The notes beneath the pieces were generated by a model. That model saw only the letters and a list, made by a program, of their open reading frames with translations, did no database searches and was not told where the DNA came from. DNA of 64,000 nucleotides from the human T2T-CHM13v2.0 reference genome, Homo sapiens. Location: NCBI RefSeq assembly GCF_009914755.1, contig NC_060932.1. The stretch is one strand, 5' to 3'. Below are positions 1 through 13,529 of the stretch, piece after piece. The stretch's first letter is position 1. Each line of letters starts with the position of its first letter. The position numbers and the translations under genes are program-made.

Positions 1-312
1 GAGTGCAGTTTATTTTGAACTACTGAACTGAGGGCTGTAATTCCTAGCAGGTTATTGGCCAGAAGCTGCCTTCAGTGACACATGGGCCTATTTAGCAGGG
101 CAATTTATTTCATTAAAGCCAGCAACAAATGAAATTGTTTGCTAAGAAAATGAGAGTTACAATTTCCTATTATATACCAATGAAATAATATGCCCTAATA
201 TTGAGATAGTCTATTAGAAGCACATTGTTCAAGGAGAGAGTATGTATTACACAAGGCTCTGAATACTAGAAGGTAGGCATCTTTAGAGACAGTCTTAGAT
301 GCTACTTATAAC
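1..312 (-). mobile_element. MaLR MLT1-family LTR fragment
   Basis: Degenerate MLT1 terminal motif (tattacacaaggctctgaatactagaaggtaggcatctttagagacagtcttaga); subfamily not determined. Confidence 0.55.
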
Positions 313-379
313 ATCTAATTATACTTTAAGTATGTAAGAAACCTGTAAGGATGTTTCTTCTGTTACTGCTGAGGTTAAT

Positions 380-1280
380 CATTTTGGTTTTTTTCTTTTG
401 TTGATTGGTCTAGCTAGAATTTTATTGATCTTTTCAATAAATCGATTATACTTATTTCATTGATTTTTCTCTATTGTTTATGTTTTAGTCCCTCTCACTT
501 ATTCATGTTCTCTTAATCATTTCCTTTTTTTCCCAATGCTCAGGATTTAATTTACTCTTATTTTCTAGCTAATTTCTAGCTTCAGAAACTAATATAATTA
601 ATTTCAATCTTTATTCTTTACTAATATGAGCTATGAATTTCCCTCTGACAACTGCATTAGCTGTATAACACAATGGTGATGGGTTGCATTTTAATCTTCA
701 TTTACTTCAAAATGCTTTATAATTTCCCTTGTGATTTATTGTTTTATCCATGAGTTATTTGGAATCAAAATTTCAAAATAGTTTTGTATTTTCCACATTT
801 CTTTCTGTTATTGATTTCTAAGTATAAGTCCGTTGTAGTCAGAAACCATATATTCTGTACTAGTTCAGTCCTTTTAAATATATTAAGACTTGATGTAAGG
901 CCTGGAATATATCCTATCTTCACTGAGAAGAATGCGCTTTCTGCTGTTGACTGGAATGCTCCATAAACATAATTTGGTTCAAGTCTTCTAAATTAAAATT
1001 GATTTTCTCTTTACTTATTATATCAACTACTGGAGAGAAGTATTAGAATCTTTATCTGTGATTTTTATTTTAATTTGTCCATTTTGCCATTCAGTTCCTG
1101 GAGTTTTTGTTTCATATATTCTGTTGTTCTAAGTGTTTATTCAATATTACCATTATATCTTTACAAAATGTATATTGACCGTTTTGTTATTTTGAAATAT
1201 CTTTCTTTGTTTCCAGTAATATTTTTTAATTTAAAGACTATTTTGCTTTTATTAATAATGTCATTGTAGCATTCTTCAGG
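380..1280 (-). mobile_element. Old L1M fragment (ORF2 endonuclease/linker region, antisense)
   Basis: T-rich antisense L1 motifs: ggtctagctagaattttattgatcttttcaa, tgaatttccctctgacaactgcattagctgta, gagaagaatgcgctttctgctgttg. Confidence 0.75.
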
Positions 1281-1504
1281 TTGACTTTTTAACTTTAATG
1301 TTTTGACTTTCACAAATAAAAATATGGTGGAAGACTTATGATATTAACATATGTAGTTATGTGTACACTATATAATGTAAACAAATTCAGATGCTACAGT
1401 TAGGTTCAACTTTGTTAAATTACAAAGAAAAAGTCTTTTGGGTTTTTTGTTTGTTTTTGTTGTGTTTTTTTGTTTGTTTTTTGTTTTTTAGCTCTGTTAA
1501 ATTA

Positions 1505-1583
1505 TTAGGTTGGTGCAAAAGTAATTGCAGCTTTCCCCTTACTTTCAATGGCAAAAACTGCAATTTCTTTTGCACCAACCTAA
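1505..1583. mobile_element. MADE1 (Hsmar1-derived MITE)
   Basis: 79-bp palindrome ttaggttggtgcaaaagtaattgc...gcaatttcttttgcaccaacctaa preceded by TA; matches the MADE1 consensus. Confidence 0.95.
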
Positions 1584-2199
1584 CAAGTATGAACACAGTG
1601 TGAAAAGAAGATTAGGGTTACCCCAGAGAATGAGCAATCAAAACTCAGGAAAATAATTATATACTTCAAGTTATTATCTTAGTCCTTGAGTTGGAATCAA
1701 CAATCTTCCAAGAAGAGGTAGGGAGAGATTCAAGATATGTTAGGATAATTTGTTTTTAAATTTCTTCTTTAAAAATCTAAAATTTATATGAAAGTTTAAA
1801 CCTTCTCTCAAATAATCATATTGTTTCCTTTGTATATTATGAGGTGGGAGACAAAAAAAAAGTAAAAATAATATCAGATACTCTTAAACCACATGAGTTT
1901 GAGGGCAGACAGTCTTGATTGGATTGCTAAAAAAAAACATGATTTGAAATGTCTGGGTAATAAAATATCATACACTAGTCTCTTAAGTCACGTGTTCCAA
2001 GCTGTGGCGCTCATAGTACTTGAAAATATTTAAGAAGATACACAGCTGGTGAAAATAACATGGGTTTATATGTAAGTAGATTAATGTACATCAATTACTT
2101 TTAGCTCTTTTTACTCAGTCATGAATAACTTCATTTTAATCACTGTATGCCTCTATCCCTTTTTCCCAAAGTTGCCAGTATGCCTTTATAGCAAGAAGA

Positions 2200-2975
2200 G
2201 AGCCAGTATCATTACAGATACCTTATGTTATATTATATCGTTATATTATTGTAGCACATATTATGTTTACTCTCGGTGTTATACATTCTATGGGTTTACA
2301 CATTTGTGAAAATAATACATATAATATATAATAATATAATAGTGTAATTTAATTTTATTATATAATGGTCTAAATTATATAACATGTGTTCTATATAATT
2401 ATATGTATATAGCACCTTTATAGTATCATACATAATAGTTTTACTGCACTAACATTTCTCTGTTCCTCACCTATTCATTCCTCTCTCTCTCTGATAACCC
2501 CTACTTACCACAGATCCTTTCCTGTTTCTACAGTTTTGTCTTTTCTAGAAATTAATATATGTGGAATTATACAGGATGTAGCTTTTCACAGATTGGCTTC
2601 CTTCACTTAGTAATATGCATTTAAGATTCCTCCATGTCTTTTCATTGCCTGATGGGTCTTTTATTTTTAGCACTGAATAATATTTCATTGTCTGGATGTA
2701 CCACAGTTTATCCATTCATCTACAGAAGGACATCTTTGTTGAGTCCACATTTTAGCAATGATGAATAAAGTTTCTATAAGCATATAAGTGCAGATTTTTG
2801 TGTGGACATGTTTTCACCTCATTTGAGTAAATTCTAAGGAGTACAATTGCTGGATCACATGGTAGTAGTGTGTTTAGATTCATTAAAAGCTGCCAAGCTC
2901 TATTACAGAGTGGCTATACCATTTTGCATTCTCACCAGCAATAAGTGTGAGATCCTGTTGCTCTCCTCATTAGCA
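2200..2975 (-). mobile_element. L1MC/L1MD 3' end
   Basis: Diagnostic motifs tactctcggtgttatacattctatgggttt, gattggcttccttcacttagtaatatgcatttaagattcctccatgtc, gtctggatgtaccacagtttatccattca. Confidence 0.8.
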
Positions 2976-3600
2976 TTTGTTGTTTGTTCTTACTTTTGTC
3001 TTCCACTCTTTTTCTGCCTCTTTTGGTTTTATTTGAACATTTTATATGATTCTATTTTTTCTCCTTTTTTTGGCATATCAGTTGTACTTTTTTTTAAACG
3101 TATTTTAGTGGTTGCCTTAGAATTTGCAATATGTATTTACAACTAATTCAAGTTTACTTTCAAATAACACTACACTGCTTCACAGGTAGTGCAAGTATCT
3201 TATAATAACAAACTATTCCCAATTACTCTCTTCTGTATCTTGTATTATTGCTGTCATTCCTTTCACTTATACATAAGCATATATTAATATATATATAAGC
3301 ATATACAATCAAATACATTGTTGCTATTATTATTTTGAATAAACTATTATCAGATCAATTAAGAATAAGAAAAAGTTTTTATCTTCACTTATGCCTTTTC
3401 TGGTGCTATTCCTTTCTTTATGCAGGTCTGAGTTTCTGACTATACAATTTTCCTTCTCTCTGAAGAACTTCTTTTGACATTTCTTACAAGGCAAGTCTAT
3501 TGGCAACAAATCCTCAAAATTTTTGTTTGTCTCAGAAACTGTGTTTTTTATTCACTTTTCAAGGATAATTTTGCATGTTACAGATATCTAGATTGGTAAA

Positions 3601-3643
<43 letters not shown>

Positions 3644-5210
3644 TTTTGGTCAAAACTTTCACTCTATTCTCTTCTTAGTTGTGTGGTTTTTGAGAAGTTG
3701 GATATAATTCTTGTCTTTGCTCCTATATAAGTAAGGTATTTTTTTTCCTCTGGCTTTTATCTGGGTTTTCTCTTTACATTAGATTTTTTCGCAGTTTGAA
3801 TATGACATGCCTAGGTGTGATGGTTTTGTTTTGTTTTTGTTTCTGTTTTTTTTTTTAGCATTTATCCTGCTTGGTGTTCTGTGAGCTTCCTGAATCTAAA
3901 GTTTCATGCCTGACATTAATTTGGGAAAATTCTCAGTCATTATTCCTTCAAATATTTCTTCTATTCTTTTCTCCTTTCCTTTGTCTGTTAGTATTCCCAT
4001 TATGCTTATGTTTTACCTTTTGTGGTTTTTCCATAGTTCTGGGATAACCTGTTCCCTTTTGTTACATCTTTTTTCTGTTTGCTTTTTTCCAGGACCAGAA
4101 ACTGGAGGACATGCTGTTTCTACTGACACGTCCTCAAACTCAGAGAGTTTTTTCCTTAGCCTTGTGAGTTTGCTAATGAGTCCATCAAAGGCATTCTTCA
4201 TTCCTGTTACAGTGTTTTTTATCTTTAGCATTAAAAAATTTTTTTCTTAGAATTTCAATCTCTCTGCTTTCATGTCATTGACTTTCCCATTAAAGCCCCC
4301 AGCTTACTAAGCATAGTTGTTTTAAATTCCCAATTTAATAATTTTAACATCTCTACCATAGTTAAGTCTGGTTCTGATGCTTGCTCTGTCACTTCATGCT
4401 GTGTTTTTGCCTTTTAGTACGCCTTGTTTTCTCCTTCTTGATAGCCAGACATGTATTGGGTAAATGGAATTGCTTTAAATAGGCCTTTAGTAATGTGGTG
4501 GTGAGATGTGAGGGGAGGGGAAGCATTCTGCTGTCCCGTAATTAAGTCTCAATCTGTTAGTGACCTTGTTCCTCTGGAGCATAAAATTCACACACAGTCT
4601 CCCTACCTACACCATTTAGGTAGGAGAGGATGGCTAGAGTGGGCTGAAATTGGATATTTCCTTTCCCCAGGTAGATTAGCCTTCATAAAACCGCAATAAT
4701 TTAGACTCTGATTAAATAGTTTATCCTGAGGACAGGCCTTTGGAGAAGAGCAGCATGCTCTGGTGAATTTCAAAATGGTTCCTTTTCCTTTCTCTCTTCT
4801 GGAAGGACAAGGGGATTTTTCTCTGTTGTTTACTTTGAGAACCAGCTTGCACTTCTGAGGGTTGGCTCACAAAAGTGGGGGTGTCCCTCTATGACTAAGT
4901 CCCCCTTGGAGTTTTTAACTCTCAGACTTGTCTGCTCTAAGCCTCCAGCAAGTCACTGATGACAGTTCAGGTTTTCCTATCCCAGCACGGGTTCCCTCAG
5001 AGGTTTTTGCTGGATTGTTAGTGCTCTGGTATATTATGTATTTGCCTGTTTGTCTCTCCGATGTTGAGGGCAGCAGTTTGACCTGTAACCTCATTTCTTT
5101 GATGGATCTAAGAGGAGTTGGTTTTTCAATTCATTCAGCTCTTTACCTGATCTTAGGAATAAAATGATGACTTCCAAGCTCCCTACCTGAAGGACCAGAA
5201 ACTGGAAATA
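2976..5210 (-). mobile_element. L1MDa-like 5'UTR/ORF1 region
   Basis: Minus ORF 4013-4231 (KNTVTGMKNAFDGLISKL) resembles the L1 ORF1p coiled coil; the element terminus cttccaagctccctacctgaaggaccagaaactggaa lies near 5170-5210; (TG)n inside at 3603-3641. Confidence 0.75.
3603..3641. repeat. (TG)n microsatellite
   Basis: Direct read. Confidence 0.97.
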
Positions 5211-5584
5211 CCTCTGATTATGCCTGCAACTTCACTGAATCTGTCTGTCCTTCTACTCCAGGCACATGAAATAAGTTGCAGTTTTTCCAATGTTTTTGCT
5301 GTCATATGTGGTTATATCAGGAGTGAGAAAACGCCAAGAAAACTAGCTATGAAAAGAAAAAGAAAGAGTAGGGTCTAGCAGGGGAATGACGGTGAAATTA
5401 GGGTCAGAGTTTGATGAATTAACAAAATGGGATGTGGTAAGAGAGACTTTGAAGTTATTGGACACAAAGAGTGTCACTGACAGATCAAAGCCCAGGCAAA
5501 AAATTAATTTAACACAGCTTTCTCTCAGGGATGGCAAAAGCTTAAATATCTCATTATTCTTAGGCAGAGATTACTGTTTATGAT

Positions 5585-5720
5585 TAGAGAGAAAAGGAAC
5601 CAGAGGTTCAGAGAGATTAAGTGATTTACTCAAAGTTATAATGGCCAATTAGTGTAAGAAGACTCTGATGTACCAGATATACCAGTAACTGTTAGAATTC
5701 CATTTTTAATGTTTCACCAC
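5585..5720 (-). mobile_element. MIR fragment
   Basis: Core motif gaggttcagagagattaagtgatttactcaaagtta. Confidence 0.6.
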
Positions 5721-6699
5721 CCCACAGGGACATTATAAGGAGCTTCCTTCAACAGAAGATCTGTACCTTACAGCCACTATTACCTTTTCTTTTTTCTTTT
5801 TTTTTAGAAGTGTAGTTAGTTTGGCAGGGTTGTTTCTAACAAAATTAACTCTGTCAGAAATATATTTTTAAGAAAGCCATTAGGCCATCACATGCATAGT
5901 GCTTCAGTTTAGACCTTCATTCTACCAAACCATTTATTTTGAACAGCAAAGGACTTTTGAACTGAGCACTATTTTATCTTGATTATATTAGACATGAGAT
6001 GAATATACATTTACATAAGGAAAGTAAGAAATGGCATTTTACTTCAAAATTATCATGGTATAAAATGAACTATATATAAATAATGGAGAAAACTACATTC
6101 TAATACTAAAGAAGTAGCTGAAACCATAGCACTTATTCAGTAAACTTGCTTTTGCACTACAATGATGAAATTGTGCAGGCACATGATGCCATAAATTAAA
6201 TAATGCATCAACTAAGTACTATTAAATCACATTTAAATATACTATCCTTGATTGCTAGAGTGAAGTTCAGAGTATACACCAGGGAAATCAAGTTGTTTTG
6301 AACTTAGTTATATTGTCCTTAAATAAATTATACTTTGCTAATGTATTAGCTTTTGAACAAAATTTTTCTCTAGACAAAAAAAAATTCTAATATAAACCTC
6401 CAATATAAAATAAGATTACTAAAATTTGCTCCTATCACAATGAAAAATGTAATCATTCTTTAGGTCAGAAATAGGATCTTGGTATGCTCAATTAATAAAG
6501 GTGGCATTGTTCTGGAGTAAAAAGGGTATTAGATATTATTAAGAGAAGTGGACTACAGAACAATCTCAGCAGTAAATAATTGTATGATTTTGTGCTAGTC
6601 ATTTAACTTTGCCAGATATCAATTTCCCACTGGAAAATGAGAGAGTTACATATACTAACTCTAATATTTCTGATTCTTTTATAAAATATTGTGGGGAGA

Positions 6700-6900
6700 C
6701 AGCTTACTGTGTGCTAAACAATTTATAAAAGTTTTAATTTGTATTCACAATAATCTGTAAGGGAGGTATTATTTTCTCCTAGAAATGAAGAGCCAGGTAG
6801 TTCTGAGAGGTTAAATAGTGTCAGATAGCTAGTTAGAGGTAGAATTAGGATTTGAATCTGCCTCTACATCTCAAAACCCCATATTGCTCCCTTACTGTAT
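6700..6900 (-). mobile_element. MIR
   Basis: cacaataatctgtaagggaggtattatt...gagaggttaaatag...agaattaggatttgaatc. Confidence 0.7.
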
Positions 6901-8237
6901 GAGACCTGTAAGCATTGACTAATACTTCCTACTGCCCATCTTTGAGCTGACATTTAATAGACATTTTTAAAAGAAGAAGAAACAGATACAAAAATGTCTC
7001 TTATCTTTTCTAAAGAAACAACAACAAACTCCCACAACACACAGCCAAAAGGAATCATTACCAACGGGCTACCAAATGTATCTACAGACAAAGGCATCCT
7101 AAAAGAACACAATGATGCTACTTTCGAAGATGCCAACACTGCAGGTCAGAATATGACTACTTATGCCATTGGCACACTTAGCTAAGTCTGTGTGTAATGG
7201 GCCATGCCCAGTTATTTTCAGAGTCTGTGTGACGTCTGCAGATATTTGTTTTGTCCTGGTAGCAATGATGAAGGAAAAAGGGGACTGAATTGGAGCAAAA
7301 CAGTGACTTGGCCAAGGCCACAGCTTTTATAGAAGAGTAAAGGGGTTCAGAAATAGATATATTTGACCCCAAATTGTAGACTCTTTCCAATTAATAAATG
7401 GAAGAACTGAGGGAAAACATAGTTTTGTATGCAGACAACCTAATTAACATTTTAGCACAATTAACACATAAACAACTATATTAGGAGTTTTTTCTGAGTA
7501 ACAACAGGAACAAAAATAGAATAAAATAAAATTCAGGATTATATCCATCCTGTCACTGAGCTCCTTCTAAGTAGTATCAAATAAAATAATTTTACTTAGG
7601 AAACATCTTAAAGAGAATACAAGTTGTTAAAAAAATAACTAGTGTATGACCTTAAAAATTCATTTTGATAAAAAAGAAAAAAAAAATCTAAAAGCCCATT
7701 GTACTGTCAGTATATTGTTGGCAGATATTTTTAAATCTAAACCCTAGAACTGAATGTTCGAGCTACTTGAGGAAAATGCCCAGGAGCAATTGGTCTGGGC
7801 CTGGACCACTGCGCAGGCCTCTACACTGGCAAAGCAGTCAGTGGTGAAATTCTTAGCACAGTTGAAGGCATTTATGGGAAAGCCAAGATTGGAGGTGAAG
7901 GGAAATGAACGGGAGGAAATGAAATGGCCGTATTATTCAAATGTGCTATGGACAAATCTTTAGCTCTGGAAAAATGCGCTCTGTATTCCAGGTAAATGTA
8001 TTAGGCTAACTGATTCCAGGTGTTCTCAAGGATAATTGATTCATTCAGCAAACTTTTTTTTTTTTTTAAGTAACTACTATGTGAAAAACAACACTATGAA
8101 ATATATTGTATGAGCAGCCTTCATTTATTTCTGGAATTGTTCCCAATTACAAAATCATCAGTCTTTATTTTATTTTCATACATTTACTGAATCAGCATTT
8201 TCTCTAGTACAATTATTGGTTAAGAAACTGGAAGATT

Positions 8238-8557
<320 letters not shown>

Positions 8558-9879
8558 AGAAACTGGAAGGTTAATATGCACTTTATCTGGTAGGTTTCTA
8601 TTCCCCCTTTCCTCAATAACTTGAAATAAATTTACTCAGGTATTAGTTGTGGAAAATTTCTTAAGTCTAAAATGCTTTTCAACTGTTTTCTACAGACAAT
8701 TTTCCAGACTTTGCTTAGAGACTTGTAAGGCAAAGCTTATTACAAGTACTAGCAGAGAATTTTATTTCAATACATTGTTTCCTGATGTAGAAAATCTCAC
8801 AATCAAAAAAAAATTAAACCACAGAACACAGTATTACATTTTGTCCTCGGTTATTTGTGACGATAGGAAAATAATTGAAACAACCAAATGGAATGAATTT
8901 AAAATTAAAACAACTAAAGATATTTCATTGTTATTACTTGCTTGTTGCTTAAGCATATTGTACTAAAAGAAAATTATTCCAGCATAGGGCATTTATGTTT
9001 TAAAACTTCAGTTTCATTTCAGTGTCTTGGAAGTAGAACATAGTGTAGTAACTTCATAATTGTGATATACTATAAATGAATATCAGTTCCTCAACTTCAT
9101 ATTTTAGATTATGGATATAAAAGTAGATTGAGTAAATTTAACTCACATCAATATTCAAATAGGCAGAACATTAACGTCATATCTTGTGTTTAGTCTCTAA
9201 GCAATTGGACTTTCTTTCTATGACCCTACTTACTTATTAGCAGAAAAAAAAAGTCAACTTATCTTAAATTTTACCCTGACCTGATCATTACAATAGTCCT
9301 AGGAAGAGCTCATCATCCTGGATGAAATGATCAACCACTCAGCCTATAGACATGCACTGGAAGAAGGCTGAAATATGGCCCCTCTATGGACCCAAACTAG
9401 AAGCTGGGCCAGGATTTATTCTCTCCTCTTCCCACGTCCCTCACCTTATCTAACACATACAACTTCAGGAAAAAGCAAGGGAAATACCCTCATTTGACCT
9501 CATTTGTCTTTCTTGCCATTCCTAATGTCAGGAATGCAGGTGGAATTTTCTTTTATTTTGTGATATCCTCTTAGCTACCTTGGAATTGGCCCACCTGTCA
9601 TAGACAAAAGATGCATCTTCTCTATCCTGTGGGATGACTCTTAGAGTTATGTTCTTCTGGATTCCCTGCTGGTATGCTAAATTGAGGAAGGGAGAAAATG
9701 GAGCCATGAGAAATCCCTCTCTAGGCTCTAGTCTTGCTGGAGAATTCTACTTTACATATCAAAAGTTGAACATAACTTCATTCCTTCTGTGGCACACTCT
9801 ATAACTCTCCTCCAGCTCTACCCACCCCTACCAGGTAGATGGAAAAATGCCTGTAGCTTGCTAGGGTAAAATATTCCTC

Positions 9880-9932
9880 AAAAAAAAAAAAAAAAAGAGA
9901 GAGAGAGAGAGAGAGACAGAGAGAGAGAGAGA
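9880..9932. repeat. Poly(A) plus (GA)n
   Basis: Direct read. Confidence 0.95.
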
Positions 9933-10649
9933 AATAGCCATCAGTGTTTTTCAAAATATTACATTACAATTAAATGCATGGGAATCTAATGCATTCCATT
10001 AGTGTTAAAGAGTTTGTATATGGGACCTTTGAACTATTTCACTCTTCACATGATATTTGTACCTTTATGGCCAAATTGTTTTTCTATTTTTGTTCTTTTT
10101 TGTTCTCTCTTTACTCTACCATTCCTTTTTTTATTCAGTGTGATGTCATTATTTTTAGCAACATTTTCCATAGGTTTATTGATCCTGCCTTGGAAATATT
10201 AATTTATCTTTACCACTCAGCTATGTGTAGCAAATGTGAGCTTGAGTACTCTGTTCCTCATTGTTACAGTCTGCTTGACTTGTGCAAACTAGAATTAAAG
10301 TCAAGATAGAAAGGTGTGTGATAGAAATATGGATCCTGTTTGACTTACCCAAACTTCCTTGGCATGATATAAGAGCTCTTCACTCTGTGTGGGTGCCTCA
10401 TCCATTCTGGTAACTACCCCTTGCTTTCATTAATAGAGGCTTCAGCTTTTGAAAATACTTTAGTAATTCCTGTCACACCATTTTCTACTTCTAAAAATAT
10501 ATTCGCAGTTTTTAGGAACACTTGGATCTCTTCTCTGCCAATCCAAAATCAAATCTCAAGGCCTAGCCCAAATGCAGCATCTTCATATACTATGTAAGCC
10601 AGGCTTACATTCCCCTTCAGCCTACCTGCAGCATTTTAAAACTGCAATA

Positions 10650-10830
10650 AGGACAAACACATACATAGTACTACATTGAACCAGGCATTGAACTTGGCTC
10701 CTGACATATATTAACTCCTCTAATCCCTACAACAATCATAAGAGATAAGCAGTCAAATTTTTCAGAATATACAAATGAGGATATTGAGGCACAGTTAATT
10801 TACATAAACTACCCACAGTTATATGACTAG
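10650..10830 (-). mobile_element. MIR
   Basis: ccaggcattgaac...taatccctacaacaatcataagagataag...tacaaatgaggatattgaggcacag. Confidence 0.7.
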
Positions 10831-12924
10831 TCCAACATTATTTTTGCAAGATTTTATAAACAGGACATATCTTAAATTTGAAGAAAACGGTGAATCTCAT
10901 GTAATTTCATGCAAAATTTAGTTTAGATGTGCAAATGTAGATTTTTCTAGGGAGAAGATCTCCCTCTTTACATCAGATTTTTAAAATATTCTGTGTTCCA
11001 AAAAAAGATTACAAGCTATACTAGAAAATATTAAGTACTATTCTCTAGTTATCTAAAAGTGTACTTTTTTTGAATTCTTTACACTGTACATTAGGAATCC
11101 AGTGAATATTTTTGATTTGACATGATATCTATCTTAACTGAGGAGAAGCACTGCAGGTGGTAAAAAGAGACAGCAAATAAATTAACCAAGTAGAAATAAA
11201 TGAAATCATAGTTCATTCATTAATCATTCCTGCTAAATTGTAATAATAAATGTAGAAATGTATAAGCATATGACGGTATTTATCTCAATGTAATAATAAC
11301 TTGTATTTCTCAAAGGACACACCACACAAAATATGTATTATTACATCAAAGTCAATATTTTAAGCGGTAAATCATAAAAATAGATTTATTGTAACCTCAA
11401 TCATCCTTTACCTTGTCATAATTAACAGTTTTTTCTATAATTCCCATAGAATACATATGATAAAGAATATGTATTTGTTTTGAATTATAAAATGCATTTA
11501 AGTCTCTCCTGTAGGACTACTTGAGCTTTTCTTCTGACACTTATTTGTCCCTCTGTTGGTATGCTTGCAATATAATTTAGGCATGTGAGATCACAAGAGC
11601 TCTAATTATGCCACGTGCACACACACATGCACACGTTCACACATACATCTCTAATGTCCAATTTATTTTAAAAGGCACATTTTATAACATCTCTGGAATT
11701 CACTTGTTTATATACACATCAAAATGTGAACTCAAAAACCATACTTTTAACAAAATCATTTTAATTCTTTTCAAGTTGCTTCCATGGTTCATAAATATTC
11801 AAACCTAGCATTCTATGTTGACACGATTTTCTTCAATAAAGTGGAAGAGAATAATATCATTTATTTTAAAAACTGTTGAACCTGATAACTTGACTGATCA
11901 AGCATACCTAGAAATACGAAATGAATCATTTAAAGCAACTGAGGCCCAGGTGTGACATCTTTGGAAGACAAGATTACCGTCCTGAGATGGCAATGAGAAT
12001 GGTTTATGTTTACAATTCTGCATGATATTGCAGGCTTGTAGTGAAAATAAATTGCTTGTAGTCCTCTGCCATTTTCTATTCCTGTCTCATCATGGTAATA
12101 AGGCATCAGGTTTTTAACAGTCAATATATTCTGCAATGCAATTTCATATAAAGATGTGTAGAGTTCCAAAACATTCGCTACCTATGTTTACTTGTAGATT
12201 CTACTTACATTCATATTTCTGTAGGTACTGCTTTCTATGTCTAGTAATAAACAAAAATTAAACTATGGTTCTGAAATGTGGATGGCTCTTTGGAAATCAG
12301 ATAGTAAGTTTCAATCTCACTTTCATCTCTAAGAGGTGAGAATTTTTTTCTAAATTTAGGAGTGCCCAAAAGTTCATCCTATAACCACAAGAAATTCATA
12401 TAGTAGGATGGGAAAAGGCAGTGTATTATCATATCATATTTTCAAAGGAACATGAATGTTTCTGCTTGGTTAGGTCACTTTCTGTCTTGTTACCATTCCC
12501 TAAAGTATTCCCATGCACAAAGCCCTAGGGTTACTAGGTCCTGGTCCTAATATGTAAAATAATTTTCCAGTCAGCCTGAGTCAGGCTGTATCTCATAAGT
12601 GCTGAAATTACCATTTTATTAAGAGAACCCAGTTTGAATAGAGCACACTAGTATTTCTTAAGCAAGAATAAGAAGCTGTGGTTAAAAATTTTAAAACTAT
12701 TATAAAAATCAAAAAGATGAATTTACCTTTCAGTATATTCTGGGACTACAGAACTGTCAAAAAATGAGTAAAAATCCAAAAAATTATAAACATTTTAAAA
12801 GCTCTTTGGAATCACAGGAATAAATAAATGTCATAGAAGTTTGGAAAGAGCTAAGTATTCCGTACATTCTCTGTTATAAAACTTTTAATCTAATCATTTA
12901 GTTAATTCTGTTCTGTATTATATC

Positions 12925-13040
12925 ATTAACTTTATGAGAATAGAAATCCTACCAGTACTGCTTGGCTACAGCTCCAGCCCCTGACACTATGTTCAACACG
13001 TGGTGAGTACCGAAAAGTGTTTACTAAATTAATGAATATG
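12925..13040 (+). mobile_element. L2 3' end
   Basis: ctccagcccctgacactatgttcaacacgtggtgagtaccgaaaagtgtttactaaattaatgaat resembles the L2 terminus. Confidence 0.55.
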
Positions 13041-13205
13041 TATTCTTAAAGTCCAGCATATAAAACTGAGTGAGACTACAAAAATATTAATAGGCTGTAA
13101 AAGTAAAAATGATGTCAGTATTATGGTTTCAAATGTTGAGGCAACCAGAGAAGAAAATAGGATAGTATACTGACAATTTGAAAATATGAATATAACATAA
13201 TATTA

Positions 13206-13389
<184 letters not shown>

Positions 13390-13529
13390 TAGAAAAATTT
13401 TAATGTGCCATTTGAGATCCCTGCATTATAGCCCCAATATCTTCCCATCCTTAACTGTTATAAAAACTCTTTAAACCATGCTGCTCTATTATTACTCCAA
13501 ATTTCCTTTCTTGCCACTGAATCTTGGCT

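Noticed and set aside
10349-10490. Minus-strand exon candidate with strong gtaagt donor
   Set aside because: It overlaps L2-like sequence and the most plausible frame contains a stop.
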